Positions 14,201-57,650 of a stretch of DNA of 64,000 nt are shown here, in pieces. Location of the stretch: contig OZ024761.1 in the NCBI GenBank assembly GCA_964016885.1, forward strand, positions 1,798,001 through 1,862,000, written 5' to 3'. Position 1 is the stretch's first letter, and each line of letters opens with the position of its first letter. The translations under genes and the position numbers were made by a program. The stretch comes from Eledone cirrhosa. Taxonomy: Eukaryota. A model generated the notes under the pieces. That model was not told the origin of the DNA and did no database searches. It worked only from the letters and a program-made list of their open reading frames with translations.

Positions 14201-15034
14201 AACAACTACAACACCACCACCACAAACAAAACCACCACGACCATTACTACCACTAACCTTAAACCTAACCCTAGCCCTAACCTTAAACCCAAACCCTAAA
14301 CCTCCTCATAGTGGTGCCATCCAGTCTCAGGCTCCCTAAATGTGGTTTCGTATTGACAAAGGTTCGTCACATGGAAAGTGCCTGGCACATATAATTGACC
14401 TGTCTCCCCTCATAATGCTGGGCACCGAAACCATAGTTCTTGCAGTGAGATGGGTTCAGCACGGCCAGCTGGCCCCGGTCCCTCCTGATAGCGGTGCCAT
14501 CCAGTACTGGGCTCCAACTGGTCCCTTTGCATAGTCGTGCCATCTAACACCAGGCTCCAAATTGTGGTTTCATATTGAGAAGGGTTCGTCGCATGGAAAG
14601 TACCAGGCCCCAAAACTGGGGTGCCAATGGGAGAAGGGCTCCGAAAAAGAAAATGTGTTCCTGCTGTGAGCCAGGCTCCCATACTGTCTTTCTGTACTTA
14701 TCCTTCCTCATAGTGGTGTGATTGAGTACCAGGCCCCAAAACTATGGTTCCGCTGTGAGATGGGTCGGGCCCCCAAAAATATGGTGAGATGGGTTCAGCG
14801 TCTCCTCCTCATGAATGAGCCATCCAGCCCCACACTGTAAATGTGGTTGGTGTTAGGAAGGGCATCCAGCTATAAAATAGCCGGCCAAATTTATAGTCCT
14901 CACTGGAGCCAACCCTGGCCAGACTTGCCTCCTGGTATGGATGACCCATTTAACCCGTGCAAGCACGGAAGAATTGATGCTAAACAGAAATGATGGTGAA
15001 TGATGATTTAGAGGCATGTTACTTGATGCTTTTG

Positions 15035-16950
15035 ACAGTAGAAATCTGTTGCTGGATCAGGCGTCTAGGGAGAAGGAGAGTGACTTGGTGGTGGAACAGT
15101 AGGGTGGAGGAGACAGTAGGAGTAGATGAGTGGCTTGTGAGAGTTATACAAGCCATGTATAGAGGAACAGTAGAAATCTGTTGCTGGATCAGGCGTCTAG
15201 GGAGAAGGAGAGTGACTTGGTGGTGGAACAGTAGGGTGGAGGAGACAGTAGGAGTAGATGAGTGGCTTGTGAGAGTTATACAAGCCATGTATAGAGGAAC
15301 AGTAGAAATCTGTTGCTGGATCAGGCGTCTAGGGAGAAGGAGAGTGACTTGGTGGTGGAACAGTAGGGTGGAGGAGACAGTAGGAGTAGATGAGTGGCTT
15401 GTGAGAGTTATACAAGCCATGTATAGAGGAACAGTCAGCAAGGTTAGAATTAACAATGACTATAGTAAAGAATTTAGCATAAAGGTAGGTGTTCATCATT
15501 GCTCCGTCCTTAGCCCTCTTCTGTTTATTATTACCCTATAACAGAAGAGTTTAAAACTGGCTGCCCTTGGGAACTTCTATATGCAGATGATCTAACTCTC
15601 ATAGTTGAATCTATGACAGAATTAGAGAAGAAATTCTAAACCTGGAAGCATGGTCAAGAATCAAAAGGTCTTAAAGTTAACTTGTCTAAGACTAAAGTTC
15701 TAGTATGAAGAAAGGAAAATAGGGCCCAGATACCCTCTGCTTAGTGTGTAGGAAAGGAGTAGGTAGAAATTCCATTCTATGTCCCAAATGTAAGCTATGG
15801 GTACATAAAAGATGTAGTGGGATCACAGGCAGACTATCAAAGAACGTAAGTTTTATATGTTTCCGATGCTCAGATGCAGTAAGTAGCAAGTGCACACAGG
15901 ATACTAGCTCCTTCAATACTTTCCGTTACCTGGGTGATGAAATCAGCAGTGGAGGAGGGTTTTCCGAAATTACAGTGGCCAGAGTAAGAATAGGGTCGAG
16001 AAAGTTCAAAGAGCTACTACTACTACAAAAGAAGTTTTTTTCCTTAAAATGAAAGGCAGATTGTATGATGCATGTATATGAACAGCAATGTTACATGGTT
16101 ATGAGACCTAGTCACTGTGTGCAGTGGACCTATGAACTGGAAAGAAACGAAATATGCATGCTCCAATAGATGTGTAATAGTAATATGCATGAACGGCAAA
16201 GCAAAAATGAACTAAGAGAGAAATTAGGCATAAGAGGGATCAGATGCAGTTTATTAGAGAGGAGATTGTGATGGTATGGTCATGTGATGCATATGAAGGA
16301 CGACAGTTGTATAAAAAGGTGCAGGGAAATCAAAATTGATAGAAGCTATGGAGTGGGAAAACCCAGGAAGAATTGGGATGAGGTGATAAAAGCTGACTTT
16401 GTGCAATTGCACCTCTCAAAGGCAATGACACAGGATTGAGATATTTGGCGTTATGCAGTAATATAGAAGATACATCTTCTCCTGCACACGGACTCAAACA
16501 TACACCCAGTAGACAACTCTTAACCACTATACCACCTTCCATACACTCCCCACGCCCCTACACCACCCTCTCACTTTTGTCCACACTATAACTTTACACT
16601 GTAAAGTTACGTTGGTATCACAAAAAAGCATCCAGCCTACACTGTAAAGTGGTCATGTAGGAGTCAGGACAAAAGCACCCAGTCCACACTGTAAAGTGGT
16701 CATGTAGATGACACGGCAAAAAGCACCCAGCCCACACTGTAAAGTGATCGTGTAGGTGTCACAAAAAAATCACCCAGCCCACACTGTAAATGTGGTTCGG
16801 GTTAGGAAGGGCATCCAGCCATAGAAACCTAGCCAGAAACAGTCCTATATGAACAAGACACGGTCACCTGACCCAACTTACCTCTAATGGGACAACCCAT
16901 CTAACACATGCTAGCATGGAAAATGGACGTTAAATGATGATGATGATGAT
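15035..16950 (+). mobile_element. Degenerate RTE LINE (long 3'UTR family B) with a 3x132-bp tandem triplication at its 5' end
   Basis: RT and PHD remnants; 3'UTR with ~43-bp repeats and a (GAT)n tail. Confidence 0.85.
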
Positions 16951-16986
16951 ATATATATATATATATATATGTAGGCCTGTCCTATC

Positions 16987-17083
<97 letters not shown>

Positions 17084-17601
17084 ATGTATCTATCTAATTA
17101 TCAATTTTTCTATCTATAAATAGCCTACCTCGTTGATATTGTTTAGAATATTTAACAAGACAGCTCCCTTTTCAACAGATTTCTATTAGGAATCAGTTAT
17201 TTCCCTATATTTTGTTCTACAATTTTTTTCTCTTGCTGTCTCTTTCTCTCCATATCTAAGAATTTGTCTTTCTTTCTATCTATCTTACTTTTTACCTCCC
17301 TACTGTCTATGTAATGTTCTTGAGCAAGACAATTTATTTTACGTTCTTTGTCTGGAATTGCAACCCACAGTATCAACAATTGGAAAGACTAATGGAAACA
17401 TTGTTTCTTCGGTCCGATTTGACAAGCGCCACCCCACTCGAATGAGGTCTGGGATCTTCTCGATTGACTCCTTCTCTGTCTATTTCTCTCTCTTTCTCTG
17501 ACATAACACGACATTACATCATATAAAGCTATGACTTTTTAAAAATATATTTTTCATTGCTAAAAATATTAACAAATGACACAAGCTGGTGAAACAAGAT
17601 A

Positions 17602-17607
17602 TTTATT
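17602..17607 (-). promoter_or_regulatory. Putative polyadenylation signal (AATAAA) of legumain
   Basis: First minus-strand AATAAA, about 220 nt after the stop codon. Confidence 0.5.
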
Positions 17608-17823
17608 CATTTGTTACAATCTTTAATATTAACTCATTCACAATTTGTGTGGTAAAAGAAGTTCTTTTATAATGTCCAGACGTCAAAACATTCCGTCCAA
17701 CAGATGACCAGACGGCCAAACATTCCGTCCAACAGATGTCCAGACGTCCAAACATTCAGTCCAATAGATGACCAGGCGTACAACAGATCAGATGATCTGA
17801 TAGATGTACAGACAATCTGGTGT

Positions 17824-46830
<29,007 letters not shown>

Positions 46831-47348
46831 CTGATATATCAAGTTTTAAGCCCAAATAATGACCTGAGGTCAATAAAAGAAGCAAGAGAGAAGATAAAAG
46901 TGTTATGTTGAGCATTATGTATGACTACACAGAAACAGATCAAACTAAATATGGAGGTTGAACGTTTAATATATACCTTCAGACAGCCACACATACACAT
47001 ATACACACCATGACACACACACACTCAAACACACCATGACACACTCATACACATATACACACCATGACACACACACACACACAGATATACACACCATGAC
47101 ACACACACACACACTCGTATAGATATACACACACATACACAGATATACACACCATGACACACATACACTCATACAGATATACACACCATGACACACACAC
47201 ACATATGGGTGTGTGTGTGTTTGTGTTTATTTTTTATGTATATATGTATGTAAAATGTTGGTGAGTGTGTGATAAGCCTATATTTCTAAGTAGATCATCA
47301 TGATAAACAACAAGACCTCTATTTCTCTTTAGATAACAACTAGTATGA

Positions 47349-47979
47349 GAAATCCTGGAACTATTGCATATCTATTTGATTATCTTGGCCCCCTAGGTGT
47401 CACCACCTACATTTTATATGAGACATGAGACAACAAGTGAAATCCTGGAACTATTGCATATCTATTTGATTATCTTGGCCCCCTAGGTGTCACCACCTAC
47501 ATTTTATATGAGACATGAGACAACAAGTGAAATCCTGGAACTATTGCATATCTATTTGATTATCTTGGCCCCCTAGGTGTCACCACCTACATTTTATATG
47601 AGACATGAGACAACAAGTGAAATCCTGGAACTATTGCATATCTATTTGATTATCTTGGCCCCCTAGGTGTCACCACCTACATTTTATATGAGACATGAGA
47701 CAACAAGTGAAATCCTGGAACTATTGCATATCTATTTGATTATCTTGGCCCCCTAGGTGTCACCACCTACATTTTATATGAGACATGAGACAACAAGTGA
47801 AATCCTGGAACTATTGCATATCTATTTGATTATCTTGGCCCCCTAGGTGTCACCACCTACATTTTATATGAGATATGAGACAACAAGTGAAATCCTGGAA
47901 CTATTGCATATCTATTTGATTATCTTGGCCCCCTAGGTGTCACCACCTACATTTTATATGAGACATGAGACAACAAGTG
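47349..47979. repeat. Minisatellite, 7 x 90 bp, near-perfect
   Basis: Unit GAAATCCTGGAACTATTGC...GAGACAACAAGT with period 90; one substitution seen (copy 6). Confidence 0.97.
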
Positions 47980-49689
47980 GAGCCACTATGGGATCATAAA
48001 CCCTAATTCTACAGTCAACAGCAAGGGCCAACATTGCCACCGAAGTGACGCTAATTGTTGAATATGTCTTTCAGATGGTTTCCTGTTTATTCCACATTTT
48101 AGTTACAACGAAATACATTTACACTAAATTTTTTAATGATTGACAAGGTCCCAGACCTTATTCACTTGCTGAGTCGAGTGGAACTGGTCAAATTGGACCA
48201 AGGAAACAATGTTTCTATCGTTCTTCCCATTGCTGATACTATCTACTGGTTGCAACTCCTGGCTGAAGGAGCAACATGAAATAAAGTGTCTTGCTCAAGG
48301 ATGGAACACATCAACTGACCCTGGAATTGAATTCACAATCTCACTATTCTGAATCCAATTCTCTAACCACTAAGTTACGTGCCTACACTAAAATAAAACT
48401 TCTTAAAATTGTAATCGTTTTCCACCAATGAAGTGGTGGAAATTGTTTTGTGTTTTTTTTTTTTTTACAAATACAAATAGAGCTTAGCAGAACAATTGTT
48501 GAGGCTCACAGCAATAGACACCAACATAATTTAAATAGGTACTCTTTAAAATAGAGGATTTTGTTTCATAGAATGAGAGCCGATTTTGGATAGGTTGGCA
48601 TTTAAAAAGTTAGAAGCAGTTTGACTATTTATTAGCAGCAACCAAACAATGTTTCAAAAATGTTGTTCTTTATGGGTGAGGGGATGTTTTAATGTTTAGT
48701 GGATCAATGCATTGAATCAGACAATCAGAATTTACTGGAAAAGTTATCTTAAAGATATAGTTGTTATTGTGGAATTCTACTTTAAACTCTTCCAACATTG
48801 GACAAATATTTTTACTGGGGTACTTGTGGGTTTTTTTTTTCAATTTATTCACCCCAAAGAAGGCAAAGGGTTACTGAGAAAGGAAAAGAACAAGATAGAA
48901 AGAATATAATCGAAGGAGAGAGAAGATGATGATTGATATTGCTTTTGAATTTTTGAAAATTGTATTTATCAGGAAAGCTAGAAACTGGAAGACAATGCCA
49001 TAGGGGAGATGTGAGAAGAAACTATCAGAATAGTATTTACAATTATATTTAGGAACTTCAACTGTAAAGGGATGGGACCTAGCTGGAAATCTGCTGTTAT
49101 ATTTAAACTTGTGAAGATGGAGCAACAAAGTTAGTAGGTATAAAGATGGTAGATATGAAGTACAAAAGGGTTTTAAGTTCCCAGATTACAGGAGTAAACT
49201 TGGAGAAGAAATTGATCTCAGAATTATTTAGGAACTACTTGGAAGTGCACACCATTCCTTATAAGTTCAAGGATAGATTAAGGCCAGAGATGTCCCCAAT
49301 GTTTTCCAGTTGTTCATGTTTTACCAGACAGAATGGCAAGTTGTTCACTTGCTAGCAGGACCTACTGTGGATGGAGGAGAGGGCAGGTCTTTGTCAAGAA
49401 CCGGTTACTAGATGGTCCAATAGCTCTTTCACTCCTTTCACCCACCACTTTTGACAATTAATTTGGAACAGATGAGAGGCACTTCTGATAGCTAGAGAGT
49501 ATCTACTCTGACTTCTTTCCAGCCATGTGCAAGCATATGACAACTGTGTTGATATGATACAAAACTATGAAATGATACAACGTTCATGTAGAAATGCTAG
49601 AGCAGTGCTCAATGACTTCATTTGGCAGCCATACTTTCACATCATGTAAAAACTACACAACTGCTTGAAAGTATCAATCCTTTTTCTAG

Positions 49690-52680
49690 CTCACCCTCCT
49701 GGCCTTCAGTTCTCCTTCTTTGTCCACTTATTCCTGAACCCTAGACTACTGCAATTTATGCTCCTTATTCTAGATGTGAAAGACGGGATCTTTGGCACCA
49801 CACAGTGACGTACTGTTTGGGGGTTGGTCCAGCTCTCAATGACAAAGTTTGGTGCTAGGCCCTACAGGATCTTCCATATCTATATCACAGTGTATCTCTT
49901 CCTTCTTCACTCCAAGCCTGTCCCAGTAGCTTATCTCCTTGGTGACATAGTTGGAAGTAATAGTCCAGTCGGCTTAGGGCAAATGTCCTCCATAGTATCA
50001 ACATGGTCTCTCGGTCTCTTGTCTGGAAGTCCTCAAGATCCAGCCAGCGAGTCGTTGGCACATTGTTGTCACCTTCATGATGTGTGAAGAAAAAGATGCA
50101 TCATCACTCATGTCTATCCCCAGGTCTCGTATCGATTTTAATACAGGGATTTCAATCCCTCTTGGTCCAATGTAACTATGTTGCACTGTCTTTGTATTTG
50201 CAGGTAGGTACTGTAGGGCTTGAAATTTCCAAGCATTTAATTACATGTTCTCCTCAGCCCATTTGTATATGGCATCCAGATCTTGTTGTTAAAGGGCAGC
50301 ATCAGCTGGGTTTTTGATTGCCTATGCTATGTTTATGTCATCAGCATAGTTAGTGAGGGCTGTTGTATGTATGATAGAGGGCATGTCTGAGAGAGTCACC
50401 AGAAATAGTAGTGGTCCCCACTTTTATTGATATTTCCTTTGGCTGCAAATGTCTGGCTTCTGTCATTTAAGCACTCACCTACTTTTCCAGGTATGCCAAG
50501 TTTGTGTAGTTTGTGACATATCATTCCATGGTCGACCTTGTTGAAGGCATTCGCATAGTCCAGATATATCATGTCCACATGTGAGCTGTCTAGCAGTTGT
50601 TTCAGTACCTAGTCATAGTGTTATCATAATTGTGTAAGGCAGCTTCTTTCTGAGCAAAAGTCATGCTGAATGCTAGTTAGGCGGTCATTTTCCTCGAGGA
50701 ACATGATCAGTTTTTTTCTGCTGATTTGTTCCATGATGTTACTGATATTTGACGTCAGGGAGACTGGCCTGTAGTTTTTGGCCTCCGTTCTGCTGCTTCC
50801 TTTATGGATAGGGCATATTGTGCCGTCTTTTAGCTCTGGGAAGTTTACCACTAGCCAAAGAACTTCTGAAGAGGATCATCAGTGGTCTTGCTAAGGCACA
50901 CTTACATGTTTTTAAGAGGTCCAGCAGCTGAGTTTGTTCTAATTTCGTCTATGGTGGATACCACATCTTCCTCCATTATGGTTGATGGTCGCCATTTATT
51001 CAGGGAACGTTATGGCATCAAAGAAATCCTCTAGCTTTGTTATTTGCATGTGCCTCAATGGGAGTGTGAACACTTTTGTACAGTTCATTCAGCATTTCAC
51101 TTATCCCTTGAGGATCCTCAGTCAATGAGCCATTTTTATAGAAGAGTGGCCCAATCTTGCAAGGTTCCGAGGTAGCTTCTTTTGCAAATTTAAAGATGGC
51201 CATAGGGTTTGTTTTAATATTTTTCTTCTCTCTCTGCCCTCTCCTTCTCATGGGAAAGTTTGAATGCAGTTTCAATTTCAAGTAGTGCCTGCTTCAGATA
51301 GGATTCCTTCTTGTTTTTTTGCTATATATTTTTGTTATATATTTAACAGGTTTAATATATATATTATAATTTATATATTTATATATTTAACAGGTCTTCA
51401 TCTCATAAGGATTTTCTTGTCTCTGGGAATACGATTTTTATGTCCATTGCCCTTTTTCCCCGGTACACACTTATGGCATATAGTTTGTATTGTTGTCATA
51501 AAATGTTGAAATTGTGCATTGGTGTCTTGTGTGGTGATGTTGTCATTCCAGGATCTCTTGATCTTTTTCTAGTTGGCCTTGTGAAAGTTTAGGCTGGATA
51601 AATTCTGAGTCTTTCCAATTGGTTGCCTCTCTACTGACTCTCGTGGACCATATAACATTAGTTCTACTAAGTTATGATCCGAGAAAATCGTTGTCACATT
51701 TACATTGTGGATGAGTACTACGTTGTTTGTAAAGCAGCGATCCAGGACAGTCTCACCTCTTTTTGGGAAGAGTACTGCTTGTTTCATGACCAGCCTGTGT
51801 GTGAAGGCCAGCAGGGACTCTGTCTGTCTCTGTTTGAGTGTTGTCATTCCTGGGAGGAGGTGGCCTTTAGGCCATTTGACCTTTGGTAGGATAAAGTCTC
51901 CCAGCAGCAGAACGTTGAGACTCTGATCCAGTTTGGATCAGGACTTCTTCCATCCTCCTGAGGCTATCTTTGAACTTACTTTCATGACTAGGGGCATTGA
52001 GTGGCCGATATGTGACACATATCACCATTTTCAGTTGCTTCATATGTCCTATCATGTGTCACAGACTGAGTTTGAATGTGTCAACTTTGGGGTGTCGGCA
52101 GTGGTTGTCGGTGTGGCACCTGGGCAGGTGTTAGCGGCAGTCACCCTGGCTCCCTTGATTGTGGCGGTCTCGAGTGTTGGTATGAGGGACCCTGGCTCTG
52201 AAAATGATGTAACCAGGTCAGTAGTCCCACAATCCTCTCCACCATTTCTAAAAAAGGGTCTTTTGCTCCGCTACCGCCATCTGTATATGCTAGCCTTCTC
52301 CTCTTTATTGGGGCAGTGCGCGCAACATCAGCATATCTCTGGGGCAGCTTGCATCGGTTCTGGTTTTGGCTGGGGCATTTTTTGTGAGTAGGTTGGGCGT
52401 AGCTCACTTGGCACCTGGGGTGAGCGAACCTACAGCTTGTCTCTGTTTCTCCATGCCAGTAGGTCCCAATCCTTGAAGAACTTGCATGTTACCTGGGTTT
52501 TCTTTCTCTCAGGGTCTCTGTTCTTCCCTTAGACAGTTGTCCACTGGTCCCTTTCAGCTTGGATTCTTTTTTTGGGCTGGTGGTTCCTCATTTCCTCTTG
52601 ACTGCATTCCTGTTGTTCACCCAGCCTGCCTTCTCTGACTGTGGTTGCCCATTCTGCTTTTTAAGGACCGTTTTATAAAA
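49690..52680 (-). mobile_element. Degenerate CR1-group LINE (ORF1 remnant, endonuclease, RT)
   Basis: CVTYRP, PIHKGSSRTEAKNYRPVSLTS, IYLDYANAFNKVDH, NYADD, IRDLGI. Confidence 0.85.
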
Positions 52681-52859
52681 TCTCTTGGCTTTTGTCCAAG
52701 ATTTTGAAGCCCCTGTTGACAACCTTCAAGGGCCATGTCTACAGCTTGGAGGAAGTCATCCAGTGACTCAATCAACTTGGACTTGTCACCCTCAAATGCG
52801 ACAGGTATGCCTTCAGCCTAGATGGTACCTACACTCCCTGCTGTGGGCATACTCACTGA

Positions 52860-53900
52860 ATGAGACAGTTCCTGCAACCTGAATTGTTTTGGCCTCACCA
52901 CCACTGACATCAACGAGCTCCTATCTACCATTGTTAATAACACCTTTTTCAGCTTCCTGGGACAAACCTACCGACAGACCTTTGGACTCCCCATGGGATC
53001 CAGCCTCTCGGGTTTACTGGCCATTTCGTATATCAACAGATTAGAACCCTGAGTACTCAGCTCCTGCAACACCTGTGCTTTCTTCACTAGATATGTGGAT
53101 GAAATACTCATCCTCACATCCACCAAGGAGAATTCCAACAGGATTTTTGAATCTTTCAACAATGCTGACAATAACATCAAGTTCAGCATTGGACATCCCA
53201 CTGACTCCAGGTCCCTTGCTCTACTGAATTTCAGGCTGGACATCTCCGATAGCGATGAAATCCATACCAATTTCTACTGCAAAGCAAAGCAACTGATGCA
53301 GTGTTGTCACTAATAGAGCCACCCATATCAGACGATTCCACAGGGTGTTAGAGATTAATGGCTACCCAGCTTCCTTCTCCACCCCACAATGAAACCCCAG
53401 CTACAGAGACTGGACCAACGCAAACAACAGTTGCTTCCCCAAAATCCCACATCTCAGTGAGGACAGTACCATGCCATACACAAAGCCATCAGGGGAGAGG
53501 GCCTCATTATCAAGTAGCTCACTCAGGATCTTCCCTGCGAAGATGCCTCTCCACAAGACCCCCCCCCCCCCCAGCGAGGATAACGGATGCACCCTATACA
53601 ATTCCCCTATCTGCAACATTAATTGTTGCCCATGTGATATACAGGCTAGAATGTAACAAGTGCAATCTATTTTACATAGGCACCACTATCTCTGTATTAA
53701 AGAGCATGTTAACACCAACTCCTCTTCCTTTGGCAAACACATCATCAAATGTGGGAACCAGAACAACATAACCACCATAATCTTAGCTACCGAACGCAAT
53801 ATAGGCACGCTGAGAATTAAAGAAGCTCTCTTCACCAAGCAACTAAAACCTGGTATAACTAATTGAATGGAAAGAGGTGCACTTGAATGACTTATTTAAC
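52860..53900 (+). mobile_element. Degenerate Penelope-like element (RT plus GIY-YIG)
   Basis: YRQTFGLPMGSSLS, RYVDEIL, VIYRLECNKCNLFYIGTT, LRIKEAL. Confidence 0.85.
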
Positions 53901-54871
53901 TTACCCAACACAATTACGCCATCATTCCAACATCCCAGTTGCCCGTTCTAAGAAACATCTGAGTCGACACGAATAATGCTAACGGCAATCCTATTAAAGG
54001 AGTGGCAGTGATTATACCATCTGTCCTCCTTGAAGCTCGATGTTGATCCTATGTTTATATGTGTCGAGTTGGGGGTTGTAACCCAGTATTCGGTAAACTA
54101 GTTTCTTTGCCAGGTATTCATTTCTAAGGGAGCATAAGATGGGGCTTCTACAGTTGCAGGAGTTGGTCGGCTCCTGTATGTTTTACTGTAGGGGGCCCAA
54201 TGGGTAGGTTTGAGTAGTCCATCCCTGTGACTTGCACAGGGTCCTTGGGTAGGTTGTGTTACTCGGGTCACTCCCAGGTCTACTGTTTACCCTGTCAAGG
54301 CTCTGCTGGGTGTCTATAGGATCAACTGTTGTCTGTCTAAATGCCCTAAGTCTATTTCTATTGATACTAGCTATGCGCTGGGCTACACTGAGCATGGTGG
54401 AGTACAAGAGTTTCACTGTGTACCCATATATATGTAGCTAGACACGGTCACCCAACCAATCTTGCCTCAAGTGGGACAATTCCCATCTAACCCATGCTAG
54501 CGTGGAAGATGGCCGTTAAACGATGATGATTATGATAATATATGATATATATATACATATAATATATATCATCATCATCGTTTAACGTCCATGTTCCACG
54601 CTTGCATGGGTTTGGACGGGAGTTTTCCCACTTGAGGCAAGAGTGGTTGTCTTGCTCGCATAGGACTGTCTGGCGGGTTTTCTACGGCTGGATGCCCTTC
54701 CTAACACCAACCACATTTACAGTGTGGAAACTGGGAGGTTTTTACCGTGTTACCTACACGGCCACATTACAGCGGGACTGTGTGTTTTTTTTGTCGTGAC
54801 ACCTACACGACCTCATTTGTTTCGGCCTGGATGTTGTGGTACCAACATATATATTATATATATACATATTA

Positions 54872-54902
<31 letters not shown>

Positions 54903-55639
54903 TTTTATTAATTCTAAAAAACCTTTTTAAAAAATGTTAAAAAACCTTTTAAACCCTTTAAAATATTTAAAAAAACCTTTCAAAATCTTTATAACAATTT
55001 TCTTTCTTTTGACTTTCAAATGGAATCGAGTCCCTGGTATATGTTTATGAAAGTGTCAGCAAATCATTGCAACTCATTTGCGAGGGTGGTAGCTCGCAGA
55101 TGGGTAAAAAGAAAATCCATTGGGATTGAAGGACTCTGAGCTGTTGTTATAGTTTCTTTATCAAAAGGGAAACTTTGAAATAAAACCTGTGGTTGATGTG
55201 ACCACTCGTCATCTGGTTTAGGCTTGTCACCAGACAATAATCACTGGTGCTCGTGTAGTACAAGTGTTTGCCACTGTAATCCAATGATGTACAGATGTCT
55301 CTTTAGTGATCTCATCTGAAAGTCATATGGCGATGGAGGAGTGGCTATGTGTGCAGACCTAACCAATTGGAAGCATATGGTTGCAAATTTACACATAGGT
55401 GGCAGGGCTCTTATCATAACACCATTGTTAGGTCTTCCTGTGACAGGGGCTAACTCTGGTGGAGACCCCTGAGTCTGAGCAGCCCTATCAGGGAGAACAC
55501 TACTCACCCAAATTCTTGGGAAGATGCTAGAAAAGGTGCATTGAAAATTGCCTATCATATCAATGTTGGGTAGTTTACTGCAGCTATCGGTGGTTCATTC
55601 AAGCAGGAAAGGAAAAAGCAAATTACAAAGTAAAACATT

Positions 55640-57650
55640 TATGAAAAATCGAATCAAACTCAATATTTGCTGCTGGAATGTCAGAACCCTTCTGGACCAA
55701 AACTCATCAAACCGACCAGATAGAAGAACTGCACTGGTAAAAAAGGAACTCCAAAGATTAAATATAGATATTGCAGCCTTGTCAGAAACACGTCTATCAG
55801 GGTGTGATCAGCTGACTAAAGTATTATCAGGTTTCACACTTTTCTGGACAGGGAAACCTAAAGGAGAATAGTGAGATGGTGGTGTAGGTTTTGCAGTGCG
55901 AGAAACTCTAGCACAACATTTAGAGTGCCCCTCTAGAATCAGTGACCATGTAATGAAGTTCTGCATTCCTCTTGCATGTGGGCGATGTGCAACAATTCCG
56001 TCAGTTTATGCTCCAACTCTCCAGGCCAGTGAAGAAAGTATTATGACATTTTATGAATCCTTTCGTGTTTCGTGCTACAATTGCATCTACTCCAGTTGAA
56101 GAAAAAGTGATAATTCTTGGTGATTTCAATGCCCGAGTTGGCAGAGACCATGAGACACAGGATGCACTAGGCCATTACAGCATTGGTAAGATGGATGCCA
56201 ATGGTTTGAAGCTGCTTCAGCTCTGTTCGGGACTCAACTTAGCAATTTGCAATACATTCTTCTACCAAAAGAAGAAGCATAAAGTTACCTGGATACACCC
56301 AAGGTCAAAAGATGGCCACATGATAGATTTCATAGTAACCTGGAGATGTGACCTGAATGATGTCTGTAATGTGGGCATCATGTGTAGTGCAGAATGCAAC
56401 ACAGACAATAAGATGGTTCGGGGGAAGTTTAAGTTACATATTCGGAAAAAATCTTGTATGTGTAGGACTAAACACTGAAGTGTATTGATGTTGAAAAGTT
56501 AAAACAGTAAGAGGTACGTGAGGCTTTGAATAAACAGTTGAATAATATTGACTTCGACGGAACTTGGATAAACTTCAGGGATCAATTGTATACAGCAGGA
56601 GCAGAAGAACTTGGATCCAGGGTGAAAAAACAACATAAAGACTGGTTTGATGATAACAATATGGTTATCAGCCAACTATTAAAGAAAAAAAAGTCATGCT
56701 CTTCATGAAAAGCTTCTGGGAGTGTGTCCTACGAATTTAACTGCTATTAAAAAGATATATAAAGAATATAAAGCCACCTTACAGTGAGAAACTTTTTAAA
56801 AAATCGTGGTTGAAGATCTCTGAAGATATTCAAAGTGCTTATAATGCAAAGGATTCAAAACTGTTTTATAGTCTTTTGAGTGCAGTATATGGTCCAACAA
56901 CTTCGTCTATTGTTCCCACAAGGTCCAAAGACGACACTGCCATCATCAAGGAATCAGAGAAAATCCTTAAGCATTGGCAAGAACATTTTACTGATTTATT
57001 TGATAATCCATCATCAGTTGATCATGATGTGCTAGATGGCATCCCCCAATGTGTTGTAAATTTTAAAATGGTGGATTACCAGATTATAATAAGGTTAAAA
57101 TGGCCATCAACCAGTTAAACATGGGTAATACACCTGGATCAGATGGACTCCCTGTGGAATTGTTAAAGGTTGATAATAAGAACATAACACAAACAATACT
57201 CCATCTCATAACAGAGTGCTGGGCTGGAGCTCCTATACCACAAGATTGGATAGATGGTATCTTGGTGACCTTGGTTAAAGGTAAAGGAGATAAAGGAATC
57301 TGCGATCATTACCGTGGCATCACTCTGTTGGAGTCTGTGGGCAAAGTTCTTGCTAGATTATTGTTGAACAGGTTGATGGAGAACATTTGTCCTACAGTAA
57401 TCCCTGAATCACAAAGTGGCTTGAGATCTGGCAGAGGAGCGATTGATATGATCTTCTCTGCAAGGCAGATTCAGGAGAAATGTATTGAGCAGTGGGTTCC
57501 TCTGTATCAGGTTTTTGTTGATCTGATAAAGGCCTCTGAAACGGTGGACAGAGATGCACTGTGGAAAATACTAGGAAAAATAGGGTGCCAACCAAAGTTT
57601 ATTGATATGAAGGCTCAAGTTGTATTGAATGGAGAATTGTCCAATGAAAT
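55640..57650 (+). mobile_element. Degenerate RTE (BovB-like) LINE, endonuclease and first part of the RT
   Basis: WNVRTL..RRTALV..EL..LNIDIAALSETR, LGDFNARVG, YRGITLL, QIQEKC.EQ. Confidence 0.9.

Noticed and set aside
14200-14800. Internally repetitive region with CCCTAA-like tract
   Set aside because: Probably a non-autonomous transposon, but I could not define its ends or family.
47349-47979. CRISPR-like array
   Set aside because: Head-to-tail identical units with no unique spacers, no cas genes, and a eukaryotic context.
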